From NCBI GenBank assembly GCA_031426555.1, contig JANPLN010000049.1, positions 1,223 through 65,222 of the forward strand: 64,000 bases of DNA, in the 5' to 3' direction. Position 1 is the stretch's first letter; each line of letters opens with the position of its first letter. The translations under genes were made by a program, and so were the position numbers. Below, one piece after another: positions 62,155 through 64,000 of the stretch. The notes beneath the pieces are model-generated. The model was not told where the DNA came from, did not search any database, and worked only from the letters and a program-made list of their open reading frames with translations. Origin of the DNA: Bdellovibrionales bacterium (GTDB lineage Bacteria; Bdellovibrionota; Bdellovibrionia; Bdellovibrionales; JAGQZY01).

Positions 62155-62750
62155 TGGCGTTGATCAATCAGGAAACCAAAGAACTGCACTGCAAGATTGT
62201 TTATTACGGTCCTGCACTGGGTGGAAAGACAACCAACATTCGTTGGGTGTTTCAGGCCACACAAAGTGGCCAAGAGCGTTCTGATATGATTGACTTTGAT
62301 ATGGGCAGCCCGGAGCGTACACGTTTTTTTGATTTCCTCCCCCTCGATGTGGGGACTATTCGCGGCCTAAAAGTTCGCTTCCATTTGTTTACTGTTCCTG
62401 GCCAAGTGATCTACGATGCCAGCCGACGTTTGATTTTAAAAAATCTCGACGGAATTATTTTTGTTGCTGATTCACAGATCGATCGCATGGACGAAAATAT
62501 TATTTCGTTAAAAAACCTCGAGAAAAATCTTGAGCTTGCAGGGTACGACATTAAAAAAATTCCGTTTGTTATGCAGTATAATAAACGCGATTTACCAAAC
62601 TCAGCCTCCATCGCTGAGTTGCGTACGGCTTTAAACCGCTACAATGCTCCCGACTTTGAAGCCGAAGCCGACAAGGGCGTTGGTGTGATGGATAGCCTAA
62701 AAACCATCTCCAAAACCATCGTTAGTACTTTAAAAAGCGGCAACGTTTAA
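62154..62750 (+). CDS. mglA: MglA-type Ras-like small GTPase
   Basis: CKIVYYGPALGGKTTN, RTRFFDFLPL, HLFTVPGQVIYDASRRLILK and QYNKRDLP are near-identical in pattern to Myxococcus MglA. TAATG overlap with the recR stop. Confidence 0.88.
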   Translation: MALINQETKELHCKIVYYGPALGGKTTNIRWVFQATQSGQERSDMIDFDMGSPERTRFFDFLPLDVGTIRGLKVRFHLFTVPGQVIYDASRRLILKNLDGIIFVADSQIDRMDENIISLKNLEKNLELAGYDIKKIPFVMQYNKRDLPNSASIAELRTALNRYNAPDFEAEADKGVGVMDSLKTISKTIVSTLKSGNV

Positions 62751-62753
62751 AAA

Positions 62754-63326
62754 ATGATCTCTCCTGTACAAATTCATCCCATGGATTCGAAATTTTTTTC
62801 GGATGTGACCCTTTTTTTATTACAGAATACAGAATCTGATCTGCAAGCCCAGCGCTTGAATTTGCGTCGTCAACTTGTTGAGAGTCTCAAGCAGTTCCAG
62901 CACTCCACAACGCCTGAGCTTTTGGATCTGCTCAAAGTTCCTCAACACCCTGAACTGTCTATGAGCCTTTCGCACACCAAAGCGTACAGTTGTTTTGGGT
63001 GGTGTCCGAAGACCTCCACTATCGGTGTGGATATTGAGGACGTGGTGCGCTTAAAAACCTCCCTCACCGCAAGGATTTCATCGTCCAGCGAAATGTCCAC
63101 CGCCCCCCGCTGGCAGCTGTTATGGTCTTGCAAAGAGGCCGTTTTTAAAGCTGTTCCCGCGATGAATGTTTTGAGTTTTGTCGAAATTTTTGACTTTTTA
63201 CCACTACAGAATGATATCTGGCGCTTTCGCGCCCGCGAAACTAAGACCCAGACGGTCCTCCAGGGGTACGGAGAAGTGCGTCTCATTTTGGGGCATACGT
63301 TAGCTTTTTTTAAATTTAATACTTAA
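62754..63326 (+). CDS. 4'-phosphopantetheinyl transferase superfamily protein
   Basis: SLSHTKAY, IGVDIE and WSCKEAVFKA correspond to the three PPTase motifs. Confidence 0.6.
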   Translation: MISPVQIHPMDSKFFSDVTLFLLQNTESDLQAQRLNLRRQLVESLKQFQHSTTPELLDLLKVPQHPELSMSLSHTKAYSCFGWCPKTSTIGVDIEDVVRLKTSLTARISSSSEMSTAPRWQLLWSCKEAVFKAVPAMNVLSFVEIFDFLPLQNDIWRFRARETKTQTVLQGYGEVRLILGHTLAFFKFNT

Positions 63327-63375
63327 CTTTGGTCCAACTCATCCGATAGGTAATCAAGACCTAAGGAGAGTTTGT

Positions 63376-63747
63376 ATGACCAACAATCGTGTTTCATCTC
63401 GCCACAACATTCAGCCACTCGAAATTCATGGAATGATCTCCATCGCCAACCTCACGCCCATTTGTGATTTTGGACATATTGTCGAAGCTTCGTCCTCGGG
63501 TTTTAAACTGATCATCAAGCGCGATGACTTTTGTCAGTCAGAACACAAATCCACGATGAATTTAGACAAACTCAATGGCACAGAAATCTCACTTTATATT
63601 CCAATTATGGACTTAGATATCACCGGGCAAGTAACGCGCACGAAATACGTGAGTAACAAAGAATTTGAAATTGGAATTGATTACTCTTCAGACGCGCCTG
63701 AATATTGGCGGGAGTGCCTATGCGATCTTCTCCCGCGCGCAAGTTGA
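63376..63747 (+). CDS. PilZ-like domain protein
   Basis: RVSSR (RxxxR) is followed ~29 aa later by EASSSGF (a near [D/N]xSxxG). Small single-domain size. Confidence 0.4.
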   Translation: MTNNRVSSRHNIQPLEIHGMISIANLTPICDFGHIVEASSSGFKLIIKRDDFCQSEHKSTMNLDKLNGTEISLYIPIMDLDITGQVTRTKYVSNKEFEIGIDYSSDAPEYWRECLCDLLPRAS

Positions 63748-63776
63748 GCTCGAACGAAAGCTCAATTTGTTTTTTA
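63744..63776 (+). terminator. Rho-independent terminator
   Basis: TTGAGCT-CGAACGAA-AGCTCAA is followed by TTTGTTTTTTATTT. The stem includes the TGA stop of the PilZ-like gene. Confidence 0.7.
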
Positions 63777-63777
63777 T

Positions 63778-64000
63778 TTACGATTGCCAATCTTTAACGT
63801 CGATCAAGTTACCATCGACATCGACGAAAAATACCCAACCAGAGCCATCTTGAATGATGGCGGAATCAACCATATCTGAAAAGTCGGCGACATAACCAAT
63901 GAGTTTGCCATTTTTATAAATTGCAAAGCTATCATTTAAACGCAAAGGTGTTGGACTGCCCCATTCATTCGATGGATCCGTAATAAGATCTTCTTTAAAA
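63778..64000 (-). CDS. Hypothetical protein (partial; N-terminus beyond the right edge)
   Basis: My manual reverse translation is open from 64000 down to TAA at 63778-63780 (...FAIYKNGKLIGYVADFSDMVDSAIIQDGSGWVFFVDVDGNLIDVKDWQS*). It is not in the ORF track because it is truncated. Confidence 0.4.
   Translation of the reverse strand, partial: FKEDLITDPSNEWGSPTPLRLNDSFAIYKNGKLIGYVADFSDMVDSAIIQDGSGWVFFVDVDGNLIDVKDWQS

Overview
The window is a gene-dense, about 90% coding chromosomal segment. It looks like a Bdellovibrio-like predatory bacterium (Bdellovibrionota). That taxonomic call is an inference from gene content: MglA without MglB, a TIGR02147-type protein, three secreted trypsin-like proteases, many orphan secreted proteins or lipoproteins, and menaquinone biosynthesis.

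Most of the window is recognisable housekeeping:
- A tightly overlapped ung-aroB-aroA-aroK(/aroD-like) operon (1-3843, minus strand).
- A complete seven-gene menaquinone operon, menF-D-H-B-A-C-E (10457-17579, minus strand), with a divergent DAHP synthase plus ubiE/menG pair.
- valS and metG.
- divIVA-proC-maf.
- A lipA-E2-E3(lpdA)-lipB operon.
- exbB/exbD, sfsA, nth and ppa.
- SRP RNA followed by dnaX-ybaB-recR-mglA.

The most unusual content is a six-gene, translationally coupled operon (31377-37945). It encodes a TadC-like platform protein, a DUF192 protein, three membrane proteins carrying four FHA domains in total, and a PP2C-like protein that appears to lack the catalytic acidic residues. 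No kinase, ATPase, secretin or pilin lies nearby. A fifth FHA domain sits on a separate 843-aa FHA-TM-trypsin-like protease (7893-10424).

Noncoding oddities:
- A 13-bp palindromic REP-like repeat family, seven copies in two intergenic loci.
- A perfect 33-bp inverted repeat between the E2 and E3 genes.
- An AT-rich 1.6-kb islet carrying a protease gene, bounded by identical 19-nt direct repeats.
- A roughly 600-bp highly structured noncoding stretch upstream of the SRP RNA.

No rRNA, tRNA, CRISPR array, transposase or integrase was seen. All functional calls rest on motif recognition by eye in the supplied translations. Start codons were refined from RBS positions and start/stop overlaps. No database search was possible.
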